64,000 nt of DNA from a virus (IMGVR_UViG_3300012348_000136:1-64000); one strand, 5' to 3'; shown: positions 55,924 through 62,947, numbered from the stretch's first letter. Numbers and translations: made by a program. The notes: generated from the letters alone by a model not told the origin.

Positions 55924-56268
55924 ATGGGACAAATTACAATACCTTGCAAGCCTGGTGAAGTATCGGATGGATACCATACCTTTGATGAATTGTATGCACA
56001 TCGCAGTGCGCTATACATGGCTTTCCTAAAAAGCCGTCCGTCCGATTCATGGATGAGTAAACGTCACTGTGATAACAGCTTATGGGAAGGTTGGTTTGTT
56101 GCAGGAACAACTCTACCAACCGGCGACATTACATATCATCTTAGTATGCAGTATTGGGATTGCTTAAAATCCGCAGGTGTATTGGTTTTAGACAACGCTC
56201 CTAAATGGGATGGTCATACAAGTAAAGACGTTTATGAGCGAATTATCGAATATGTTCAAAAACACTGA
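55924..56268 (+). CDS. hypothetical protein (114 aa)
   Basis: Track ORF. Confidence 0.4.
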   Translation: MGQITIPCKPGEVSDGYHTFDELYAHRSALYMAFLKSRPSDSWMSKRHCDNSLWEGWFVAGTTLPTGDITYHLSMQYWDCLKSAGVLVLDNAPKWDGHTSKDVYERIIEYVQKH

Positions 56269-56962
56269 ACCTCGCAAGATCTTTACTCATGAACCAGTTG
56301 TTCTTGGGTATGATAATCTTAGCGACTCTAGTGGTCCTTCAGGAAGAACTTACATCACGCCTGAAGGAAAGAAATATCCAAGTATCACCACGGTGCTTGG
56401 CGCGCGTTCAAAAGATTCTATCATGGAATGGCGACGTCGCGTTGGTGAAGAAGAAGCAAATAGAATATCGCGACATGCTGCAGCACGTGGTACTGCACTA
56501 CACACAGTTGCTGAAAACTATATCAACAATGACGTTGAGTATTTTCCTCCAAACACAATGCCGCATGTCCGAGCATTGTTTAAAAGCGTAAAGCCAATTA
56601 TTGATACTTACGTGGGCACGGTGGTTCTTCAAGAAAAGCCACTATACTCTGACCATCTTGGTGTCGCTGGACGTGTCGACCTTGTTGCTGAATTTAACGG
56701 TACTCTTTCGATCGTTGACTTCAAAACATCTAAGCGCCGTAAAACGCGAGAAGAGATTAAGAACTATTTTGCTCAAGCTACTGCTTATTCAATTATGTTT
56801 GAGGAGCGGACCGGTATTCCAGTTCCTCAGCTAGTGATCATAATGGCTGTTGATGACGACCCTAAGCCTATTGTTTTTGTTGAGAAAAGAAACAAGTGGG
56901 TTGAGGAGCTACGTGATGCAATTCGAGAGTATAACAAACTAATCATATTCGGACATGCTTAA
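56252..56962 (+). CDS. PD-(D/E)xK-family nuclease-like protein
   Basis: GRVDLVAEF ... IVDFKTSK (D ... ExK); start trimmed from track ORF 56210. Confidence 0.45.
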   Translation: MFKNTEPRKIFTHEPVVLGYDNLSDSSGPSGRTYITPEGKKYPSITTVLGARSKDSIMEWRRRVGEEEANRISRHAAARGTALHTVAENYINNDVEYFPPNTMPHVRALFKSVKPIIDTYVGTVVLQEKPLYSDHLGVAGRVDLVAEFNGTLSIVDFKTSKRRKTREEIKNYFAQATAYSIMFEERTGIPVPQLVIIMAVDDDPKPIVFVEKRNKWVEELRDAIREYNKLIIFGHA

Positions 56963-57605
56963 CAATAACAAACAAAACCAAAACAACAAAGGCCTTCTTG
57001 ATCTAATTAAAGGAGCTCATTCAGATTCATTTAACACTGACTATGGGTCTATCAAAGATTATTACCTATCGGACGAAATTGGAAGTCCTGATGAGTATAC
57101 TCAAATGATACACGACATAAGAACATCTAGACAAACGGATGTAATTAAGCTACATATCAATTGTCCAGGCGGTAACTTATTTACGACAATCCAAATCCTA
57201 CAAGCAATGGCTGAATGCGAAGGTCATATCATTGCAAGCGTTGAAGGAGCATGCATGTCCGCTGCAACATTAGTCTTTCTATGTGCAGATGAGTTTATGA
57301 TTACCAATCACAGCATGTTCCTGTTCCACAATTACAGCGGCGGTACTTTTGGTAAAGGCGGAGAAATGTATCATGGAGTAATTCATGAACGAAAGTGGAG
57401 CGAAGGTTTAATGCGCGACTTGTATGAAGACTTCCTAACAGATGATGAAATCTCAGATCTTATCAATGACAAGGATATTTGGATGGACGCGAATCAGGTC
57501 TTAGAGCGCCTTGAAAAGCGCGGGAAGACAATCGAGAAAAAGACCAAGGCTGCCGCGAAGACTCCTCGCAAAAGGAAGAAGGAAGTCTCCGAAACTGAAA
57601 GTTGA
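56955..57605 (+). CDS. ClpP/S49-like serine peptidase
   Basis: HINCPGG (ClpP YINSPGG-like), GACMSAA (Ser), MFLFHNYSGG (His). Confidence 0.5.
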   Translation: MLNNNKQNQNNKGLLDLIKGAHSDSFNTDYGSIKDYYLSDEIGSPDEYTQMIHDIRTSRQTDVIKLHINCPGGNLFTTIQILQAMAECEGHIIASVEGACMSAATLVFLCADEFMITNHSMFLFHNYSGGTFGKGGEMYHGVIHERKWSEGLMRDLYEDFLTDDEISDLINDKDIWMDANQVLERLEKRGKTIEKKTKAAAKTPRKRKKEVSETES

Positions 57606-57691
57606 CCTAAAAATCACAAATTTTCACAAAAATCCGTAACTTATTGATTTTCAATGGGCAAGATTTTTTGTGAAAATTTGTGAAAAAAGTT

Positions 57692-57720
57692 ATTTACAAG
57701 CGGTCGTTTTCCGTTTATAA
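57692..57720 (+). promoter_or_regulatory. sigma70-like early promoter in a repeated cassette
   Basis: TTTACA-N17-TATAAT plus the conserved leader. Confidence 0.6.
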
Positions 57721-57745
57721 TGATCTCGTAAGGAAACCACCGCAA

Positions 57746-57920
57746 CATGAAAAAGAAATTTACTGTAACTGTCGCTGATGAAAAAACCGCAATTCGCGTG
57801 TGTAAACTTTTGAGAGGCATTTATCCCGATATTTCTAGGGAAGGTAAGGTTGTCGGTACATCGGCCGCTGGAACTTCTCAGAAAGGCTTAGAGGAATGGG
57901 TGAAGGAAGCAATCGCATAA
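57746..57920 (+). CDS. small protein (58 aa if read through an A8 run; 22 aa otherwise)
   Basis: ATG after the cassette. The frame hits a stop at 57814 unless one A of the A8 run (57780-57787) is skipped, in which case the ORF ends exactly at the TAA at 57918-57920. Confidence 0.3.
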
Positions 57921-57927
57921 AATTTTA

Positions 57928-57956
57928 TTTACATGTGCTAAGTTTCCGTTTATAAT
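57928..57956 (+). promoter_or_regulatory. sigma70-like early promoter in a repeated cassette
   Basis: TTTACA-N17-TATAAT plus the conserved leader. Confidence 0.6.
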
Positions 57957-57982
57957 GATCTCGTAAGGAAAACCACCGCAAC

Positions 57983-58171
57983 ATGAAACCGCCAAAAAAT
58001 TACGCATTGCGAAGCGGCGCCTACCAAGGGCTGCTACTGAGTCTTGAACATGACGTCGATATTCACCGGCTTCTTGATTATGACAAAGTGAAGCATGCGA
58101 CCTTTGTCTCAATTCTCCAAGCCTTGACAAAGAAGGCTGAAGAAATCTGCGAAAATTTCGAATCTCAATAA
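57983..58171 (+). CDS. hypothetical protein (62 aa)
   Basis: Track ORF. Confidence 0.45.
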   Translation: MKPPKNYALRSGAYQGLLLSLEHDVDIHRLLDYDKVKHATFVSILQALTKKAEEICENFESQ

Positions 58172-58185
58172 CACAACATTACATT

Positions 58186-58551
58186 ATGCAAACCAATCTT
58201 GACATCACCACGCTCGTTTACCAAGAAGTTCTCAAAGTCAAAAATGACCTCGGCGGTCATGAAACGATTGCTGACCTTCGCCGTCAAGCACGTGCTGAAA
58301 ACAAAAAGCAACGCGCCAAAGCAGTACTTGATTCGTCATACAATCCGGTCTTTGTGCGAGTTGTAACCTTCGGCCGTCTTGGCAAGAACAACCCAAATTC
58401 ATGGATTTACAAGCAACGTAACAGCGGCTTCCGCAACGGATATCAACGCATTGATACCCAACATGCAGCTGAACTTGCTGTTTACATCAACCCTATGAAT
58501 AAGACTAAGTGGGGTTATCATCAAACCTCTAAATTCAATTTCGTCAAATGA
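58186..58551 (+). CDS. hypothetical protein (121 aa)
   Basis: Track ORF. Confidence 0.45.
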   Translation: MQTNLDITTLVYQEVLKVKNDLGGHETIADLRRQARAENKKQRAKAVLDSSYNPVFVRVVTFGRLGKNNPNSWIYKQRNSGFRNGYQRIDTQHAAELAVYINPMNKTKWGYHQTSKFNFVK

Positions 58552-59141
58552 TTCCAGTACCTCCAACACGTAAGACCACGCTGGTTCTTACTGCAGCTTT
58601 TCAGCCGTGTGGATTTTTCTCTGCACGCAGCGCAATCCGAAACCTTATGGTCGGGGGCGTAAAGGCATATGATACACATGGAAATATTCATGATTGGAAA
58701 AGCTGGATTGCGAATGACAACATTCTTGATCCGGATCATCCTTCACTGCGTAGCGTTAGTGCCGATTGGGCAATTCCAACAATTGTTGTGATTCCTGGTT
58801 ACTTCGGTAATCACAAGCGTCGGGGTAAGCGTCGCAATCGTACTGTCAACCTGCGTCAGCTGTATCATGTTTATGATGGTCAATGCCAATACTGCCTGAA
58901 GAAGATTCCGTATACACATGCGACACGGGACCACCTTCTTCCGCGCAGTAAGGGCGGTGGCAATCATGACGACAACATTGTCTTGAGCTGTAAGAAGTGT
59001 AACACCAAGAAGTCTAACCACTTCCCATACTTCAACGTTCATGGCAGCGAAGTCAAGCCAAAGATTCTGTCTGACATTGACTTTACAGCATTGTCCGAAA
59101 AGGTTCAGCGTCGTCCAGAATGGGAAATTTTCCTTGGATAA
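58548..59141 (+). CDS. HNH endonuclease
   Basis: CQYC ... DHLLPRSKGGGNHDDNIVLSCKKCNTKKSN; N-terminus TLVLTAAFQP ... like standalone HNH proteins. Confidence 0.55.
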   Translation: MIPVPPTRKTTLVLTAAFQPCGFFSARSAIRNLMVGGVKAYDTHGNIHDWKSWIANDNILDPDHPSLRSVSADWAIPTIVVIPGYFGNHKRRGKRRNRTVNLRQLYHVYDGQCQYCLKKIPYTHATRDHLLPRSKGGGNHDDNIVLSCKKCNTKKSNHFPYFNVHGSEVKPKILSDIDFTALSEKVQRRPEWEIFLG

Positions 59142-59149
59142 AGAGAAAG

Positions 59150-59157
59150 TATAAATA
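59150..59157 (+). promoter_or_regulatory. T4-type late promoter core
   Basis: TATAAATA 5 nt upstream of the ATG at 59163. Confidence 0.4.
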
Positions 59158-59162
59158 CAAGT

Positions 59163-59582
59163 ATGAACAGTTTAGAAAACTCAGCTTTAGCCTGTCTTAG
59201 CGAATCACTGGTACCATCTGGTATCAAGTGGGTTAGAGGCAAATCAAAGAACCTTGGCAACGGTGTAATTGGTTCGGATCTTGGTTCGGAAATTGATCCG
59301 TTCATTAAACGCATGAAGGATCAACCGTTGCTTGGTAAGTACCTTGAAGTGCACACTGGAGGAGATTCAGTGCGTGGTCAATGCGTTGGCTTTTTCATGT
59401 TGAAAGGTCATCCTTACCTTGTGTTACATGATGGTAACATGGAAACAATTGTTGTCGAGTGCCATAAAGCACAACGCAAGATTTACGAATTCGTTCCAAG
59501 CGGCGGTGAAGTAACTGGCGTGACAGGAACCGGAAGCTCCGATGATCCTGCTCTTTATAGCATGTCCAAGAAAAATTACTAA
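59163..59582 (+). CDS. hypothetical protein (139 aa)
   Basis: Track ORF. Confidence 0.4.
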   Translation: MNSLENSALACLSESLVPSGIKWVRGKSKNLGNGVIGSDLGSEIDPFIKRMKDQPLLGKYLEVHTGGDSVRGQCVGFFMLKGHPYLVLHDGNMETIVVECHKAQRKIYEFVPSGGEVTGVTGTGSSDDPALYSMSKKNY

Positions 59583-59590
59583 GCTATCAT

Positions 59591-59914
59591 ATGGATTTAC
59601 TAAAAGCATCAATGGCAGTATTGTCTGAATCCAAATTGGGTGACGACGAGCTTTACTCTAAGTTGTCTAAGGATCTCATTCATATCTTTAGCGCTTTGCA
59701 TCCAGGTAATCGTAGTGACGCAGACTGGAAAAAGTTTCATGATGATTTCTCAAATTCAGTCTATGGCATTGATGCTTCAAATGGATTGGAGTATATGGAA
59801 CTCCGCAAGAACAAACTTAAGATCTATCTAAGCAATAAAAAGCCAGAGGGCGTAGAAGGAAAGTATACTAAGTTAATACATGACTTCAAAGCATCATGGC
59901 ATATTTTTTCATAA
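59591..59914 (+). CDS. hypothetical protein (107 aa)
   Basis: Track ORF. Confidence 0.4.
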   Translation: MDLLKASMAVLSESKLGDDELYSKLSKDLIHIFSALHPGNRSDADWKKFHDDFSNSVYGIDASNGLEYMELRKNKLKIYLSNKKPEGVEGKYTKLIHDFKASWHIFS

Positions 59915-59949
59915 TGTGAAGATTTTGTGCTTTTTGAGATCTCTTCGAG

Positions 59950-59957
59950 TATAAATA
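59950..59957 (+). promoter_or_regulatory. T4-type late promoter core
   Basis: TATAAATA upstream of a small ORF. Confidence 0.35.
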
Positions 59958-59962
59958 AACCA

Positions 59963-60091
59963 ATGGCAAATAACAGTCATACATATAGCAATACATGGAC
60001 ACGACCTCTCAGTGTCGTTGTTTCATTATGCCTATGCATTGCGATGCCTGCGGAATTTAATGGACAAAAAGATCCAAGACTCCAAAGATAA
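59963..60091 (+). CDS. small late ORF (42 aa)
   Basis: Hand-read MANNSHTYSNTWTRPLSVVVSLCLCIAMPAEF..; followed by a terminator. Confidence 0.25.
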   Translation: MANNSHTYSNTWTRPLSVVVSLCLCIAMPAEFNGQKDPRLQR

Positions 60092-60113
60092 GCCAGAAGA
60101 AAATTTCCCCTCC

Positions 60114-60156
60114 GAAAACCTTCGTTCTGGCAACCCCAAACGAAGGTTTTTTATTT
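60114..60156 (+). terminator. rho-independent terminator
   Basis: AAAACCTTCG ... CGAAGGTTTT stem followed by a T-run. Confidence 0.6.
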
Positions 60157-60273
60157 CCAACAAATTGAAAAAAGATATTTACAGAAGCACATTTTTGAGT
60201 TAGAATATATTCACGATCGGCAACGGTAAACAAACCAAAGCCGATCCGATCTCAAAAAGATTGAAAAAAGTTA

Positions 60274-60302
60274 TTTACATTCAGTCCTTTTTAGATTATA
60301 AT
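60274..60302 (+). promoter_or_regulatory. sigma70-like promoter driving the tRNA array
   Basis: TTTACA-N17-TATAAT preceded by GAAAAAAGTTATTTACA, shared with the early cassettes. Confidence 0.55.
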
Positions 60303-60665
60303 AGCTCTACAATCAACGGCAGATAATACAACCTGCCGCTGAACATCGAAAAGCCCGCCAGGTGCAAAAGAAACTTGGTAACGACCGTGGTTGAACGGCT
60401 TGGATCTTGAAGAAGGATGCGATGACAATAAGTTAAGAAGCAGGAGCACTCAGTCCCTGTGTAACAAGATATAGCTGATGAAGAGTTTAGGTTGTAGCGC
60501 CGCACGTTGCGGATCACGCTCCCATACTTTCAAAAGAAAAGCCAAACTATATCAACTGAGAAATTTTCATGCGTCGGTAAAGCAAGCGGCTCTTGCAGCG
60601 AGATTGTAAACCTCGGCCCTTAATTGGGGAGTGGGTCGGCACCACACCGGCGCACCATTCTATAT

Positions 60666-60740
60666 CCTCCAGTAGCTCAGTGGTAGAGCGGGTTCTTTAT
60701 AAGGGCCGGGTCGTTGGATCGTTCCCAACCTGGAGGACCA
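60666..60740 (+). tRNA. tRNA, anticodon UAU (Ile-like), CCA encoded
   Basis: Hand-folded cloverleaf; anticodon stem has two G-U pairs; T-loop ATCGTTC. Confidence 0.5.
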
Positions 60741-60743
60741 TAA

Positions 60744-60818
60744 CCGCCTGTAGCTCAGAGGCAGAGCGCGCGCCCGATAAGTGCGAGGTCGTGATATCGT
60801 AATTCACCAGGCGGACCA
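60744..60818 (+). tRNA. tRNA-Ile (GAU)
   Basis: Hand-folded; anticodon loop CCGATAA; CCA encoded. Confidence 0.6.
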
Positions 60819-60827
60819 TTTCATAAC

Positions 60828-60902
60828 GCGGGATTCGTATATCGGTTAATATGTGAGTTTTCCAAACTTGAGAGAAGGGTTCGATTCCCTTATCCCGTAC
60901 CA
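60828..60902 (+). tRNA. tRNA-Gly (UCC)
   Basis: Hand-folded; loop TTTCCAA; canonical T-arm AAGGGTTCGATTCCCTT; CCA encoded. Confidence 0.55.
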
Positions 60903-60911
60903 CTTTAAATT

Positions 60912-60988
60912 GGGGGCAAAGCATTGCTGATTGATGCACTAGGCTCTTACCCTTGAGAACTCGGTTTGATTCCAGAGTGCCCTAACCA
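60912..60988 (+). tRNA. tRNA-Lys (CUU)-like with a bulged T-stem
   Basis: Anticodon loop CTCTTAC; T-stem CTCGG/CC(A)GAG with one bulge; 1-72 mismatch; CCA encoded. May be a pseudogene. Confidence 0.35.
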
Positions 60989-61000
60989 ATTTCAAAATAA

Positions 61001-61099
61001 CGTCGCGTGTCCGAGTTTGGTTAAAGGAGCTCGCCTTGGAAGCGAGTGCGTGCAGCAAGAGGCTGTGGGCCGTGGGTTCGAATCCCACCGCGGCGACCA
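61001..61099 (+). tRNA. unusual 99-nt tRNA: anticodon UGG (Pro-type loop CTTGGAA) with a 25-nt variable arm
   Basis: C1-G72 and A73; 3-bp D-stem of the long-variable-arm class; variable-arm hairpin GCAGC AAGAG GCTGT; canonical T-arm GTGGGTTCGAATCCCAC; CCA encoded. Confidence 0.45.
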
Positions 61100-61176
61100 A
61101 TTTTAATCGAGTGCTGAAGAATACGGTTACTTCTTCAAGCGAAACAACCACCGTGTTCGTTTGTTGCCTCGAATAT
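61100..61176 (+). ncRNA. conserved structured spacer element, copy 1
   Basis: Paralogous to 61252-61327 and 61924-62017; paired segments ATCGAG/CTCGA and ACGGT/ACCGT. Confidence 0.45.
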
Positions 61177-61251
61177 GGCGTGATGGGGGAATGGCTACTC
61201 GACGGCCTGCAAAGCTGATCCATGTCGGTTCGAGTCCGACTCACGCCTCCA
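61177..61251 (+). tRNA. tRNA-Cys (GCA)
   Basis: Loop CTGCAAA; 27-43 mismatch; T-arm GTCGGTTCGAGTCCGAC; CCA encoded. Confidence 0.5.
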
Positions 61252-61327
61252 ATTTCAAATCGAGTGTTGAATGCAACGGTTACTTCTTTTGGTGAAAACA
61301 CACCGTTGCAGTTTGTTACCTCGACAT
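61252..61327 (+). ncRNA. conserved structured spacer element, copy 2
   Basis: ATCGAG ... CCTCGA outer pairing; inner stem TGCAACGGT/ACCGTTGCA. Confidence 0.45.
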
Positions 61328-61401
61328 ACGGCGTTCGTCTAATGGTAAGACTACTCCCTCCAAAAGAGAAAACGTGGGTTCGATTCCTACACGCCGTGCC
61401 A
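61328..61401 (+). tRNA. tRNA-Trp (CCA)
   Basis: Loop CTCCAAA identical to the E. coli tRNA-Trp loop; weak anticodon stem; CCA encoded. Confidence 0.5.
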
Positions 61402-61415
61402 ATTTCATAAATAAT

Positions 61416-61490
61416 GCGCGTGTAGCTCAGAGGCAGAGCAGCTCCTTTACACGGAGAAGGCCGGGGTTTCGATATCCTCCATGCGTACCA
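61416..61490 (+). tRNA. tRNA-Val (UAC)
   Basis: TAGCTCAGAGGCAGAGC D-arm; loop TTTACAC; CCA encoded. Confidence 0.55.
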
Positions 61491-61499
61491 CTTTCAAAT

Positions 61500-61574
61500 C
61501 GCAGGGAGAGTGTTGGTTCTCCGAGGGTCTCATAAGCCGCTCTGACGTGGGTTCGATTCCCACCCCCGCATCCA
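61500..61574 (+). tRNA. tRNA-like, CAU loop (CTCATAA), initiator-like C1·A72; poor anticodon stem
   Basis: 3' end CCCCGCA-T-CCA resembles the tRNA-fMet acceptor; canonical T-arm GTGGGTTCGATTCCCAC; the body folds poorly. Confidence 0.3.
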
Positions 61575-61583
61575 CTTTTAAAT

Positions 61584-61660
61584 AGAGCCGTAGCTCAGTT
61601 GGTTAGAGCGCTTGCCTGTCAAGCAAGAGGTCGCGGATTCGAGCTCCGTCGGTTCTGCCA
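61584..61660 (+). tRNA. tRNA-Asp (GUC)
   Basis: Clean cloverleaf; loop CTGTCAA; CCA encoded. Confidence 0.65.
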
Positions 61661-61668
61661 AGTTTAAT

Positions 61669-61753
61669 GCCGCAGTGATGAAATGGTAGCACATGCCAGA
61701 CTTAGAATCTGGTGCCTCACGGCGTGTCGGTTCGAGTCCGACCTGCGGTACCA
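61669..61753 (+). tRNA. tRNA-Leu (UAG)
   Basis: Long-variable-arm type; stem CCAGA/TCTGG; loop CTTAGAA; 13-nt variable arm; A73; CCA encoded. Confidence 0.65.
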
Positions 61754-61764
61754 CTTTACATAAT

Positions 61765-61840
61765 AGATAGCAATGCACCGGGCGTGCAGGGACGCTGTTA
61801 ACGTCTGTCGAGCTAGGTTCGAGTCCTAGGCTATCTGCCA
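61765..61840 (+). tRNA. tRNA-Asn (GUU), copy 1
   Basis: Loop CTGTTAA; T-arm CTAGGTTCGAGTCCTAG; G73; CCA encoded. Confidence 0.6.
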
Positions 61841-61848
61841 TTCTTAAC

Positions 61849-61923
61849 CCACCGGTAGCTGAGATGGATTAGCGCTAGCCTGAAGAGCCTGAGAGATTGG
61901 ATCGTTACCAATCCGGTGGACCA
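61849..61923 (+). tRNA. tRNA-Phe (GAA)
   Basis: Loop CTGAAGA (the E. coli tRNA-Phe loop); acceptor CCACCGG/CCGGTGG; weak anticodon stem; CCA encoded. Confidence 0.5.
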
Positions 61924-62017
61924 TTTTATCAAGTGCTGAAGAACAGTGTTACTTCAACGCAAATGAAACAACCCCAAACCAACACTGTTCGCCTATTGCC
62001 TTGATACTTTCTTTAAC
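61924..62017 (+). ncRNA. conserved structured spacer element, copy 3
   Basis: ATCAAG ... CCTTGAT (G to A change compensated by C to T); inner stem ACAGTGTT/AACACTGT. Confidence 0.45.
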
Positions 62018-62094
62018 GGGACATTCGACAAGTGGCCTAAGTCACCGATTTCATAAGTCGGCTATCGTTGGTTCGAATCCAACATGTCCTACCA
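62018..62094 (+). tRNA. tRNA-Met or Ile2 (CAU)
   Basis: Loop TTCATAA; stem CCGAT/GTCGG; T-arm GTTGGTTCGAATCCAAC; CCA encoded. Confidence 0.55.
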
Positions 62095-62102
62095 ATTTCA
62101 AT

Positions 62103-62178
62103 AGATAGCAATGCACCAGGCGTGCAGGGACGCTGTTAACGTCTGTCGAGCTAGGTTCGAGTCCTAGGCTATCTGCCA
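62103..62178 (+). tRNA. tRNA-Asn (GUU), copy 2
   Basis: Near-identical to 61765-61840, with one D-loop difference. Confidence 0.6.
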
Positions 62179-62519
62179 TTTTAGATGACGGCGTGGAAAG
62201 CAGACACGCAGGAATATTCGACTGGACGAAACCCTAGGCGGAGATGCACCGAGATGCGATAGGTTAGTAATCTGGTTGTGACCGTAGAGAAGAGCCGTGC
62301 ATGGCGAGTAAACAGAAAGCAAACCGACTCTGAATCGAGAGGCTTGTCCTGTTGATCGGGTACACCGATTTCAAATCCGAGTAGCGACGGATTCATCTAA
62401 TAACTTTCTCGACAGATTGACTGTGGTTGGTCACTCGAAATAAGATGCGTGTAGATCGTCGATGGATCCCCGACAAAGTAAGCACGCTGGAGCTTCAGCA
62501 GGCTCCGTCTGTTGAAGAT

Positions 62520-62594
62520 TGCTCTGTAGCTCAAAGGAAGAGCGCTTGTATGACATGCAAGAGGTTTGGGTATCGTGATCCCACAGAGCAACCA
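62520..62594 (+). tRNA. tRNA-Val (GAC)
   Basis: TAGCTCAAAGGAAGAGC D-arm; loop ATGACAT; CCA encoded. Confidence 0.5.
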
Positions 62595-62691
62595 ATTTAC
62601 AAACCTAGCGTTAACTTAAAACGATACTGAGGAGGGGCTGAACTCCTGACCTCAGAGAGTGACAGCGAGAGAGAACGCACCAATTTTCAAA

Positions 62692-62774
62692 GGGCATTGC
62701 AGTGTATGTCTTGGATGCATACCGTATCGGAATAAACATACGGAGGTTGGGTTCAAATCCCACTATGTCCACCA
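62692..62774 (+). tRNA. tRNA-like element (canonical T-arm, acceptor and CCA; non-canonical body)
   Basis: TTGGGTTCAAATCCCAC then TATGTCC-A-CCA; upstream hairpin CCGTAT ... ATACGG with a 10-nt loop. Confidence 0.25.
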
Positions 62775-62784
62775 ATTTTTCAAT

Positions 62785-62861
62785 GAATGTGTAGCGCGCA
62801 GTGGTGGGCAGGACCCGCTATGAGGCGACGGAAATGTACGTTCGAATCGTATCCACATTCG
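62785..62861 (+). tRNA. tRNA-like element without encoded CCA, bulged T-stem
   Basis: Perfect acceptor GAATGTG/CACATTC; T-arm GTACGTTCGAATCGTA(T)C; anticodon arm not resolved. Confidence 0.25.
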
Positions 62862-62866
62862 CTAAC

Positions 62867-62941
62867 GCCGCATAAGCATAAAAGGTGATGCGCCGGTTTT
62901 GTACTCCGGATAACTCAGTTCGATTCTGGGATGTGGCTCCA
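62867..62941 (+). tRNA. tRNA-Thr (UGU)
   Basis: Loop TTTGTAC; D-stem GCAT/ATGC; CCA encoded. Confidence 0.55.
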
Positions 62942-62947
62942 CTTTTG

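Noticed and set aside
60012-60203. 63-aa track ORF.
   Set aside because: It runs through a strong rho-independent terminator. The alternative 42-aa ORF after the late promoter is preferred.
60593-61410. Track ORFs overlapping tRNA genes on both strands, such as 60593-60802, 60939-61301 and 61222-61410.
   Set aside because: They overlap hand-folded tRNAs and spacer RNA elements, so coding is implausible.
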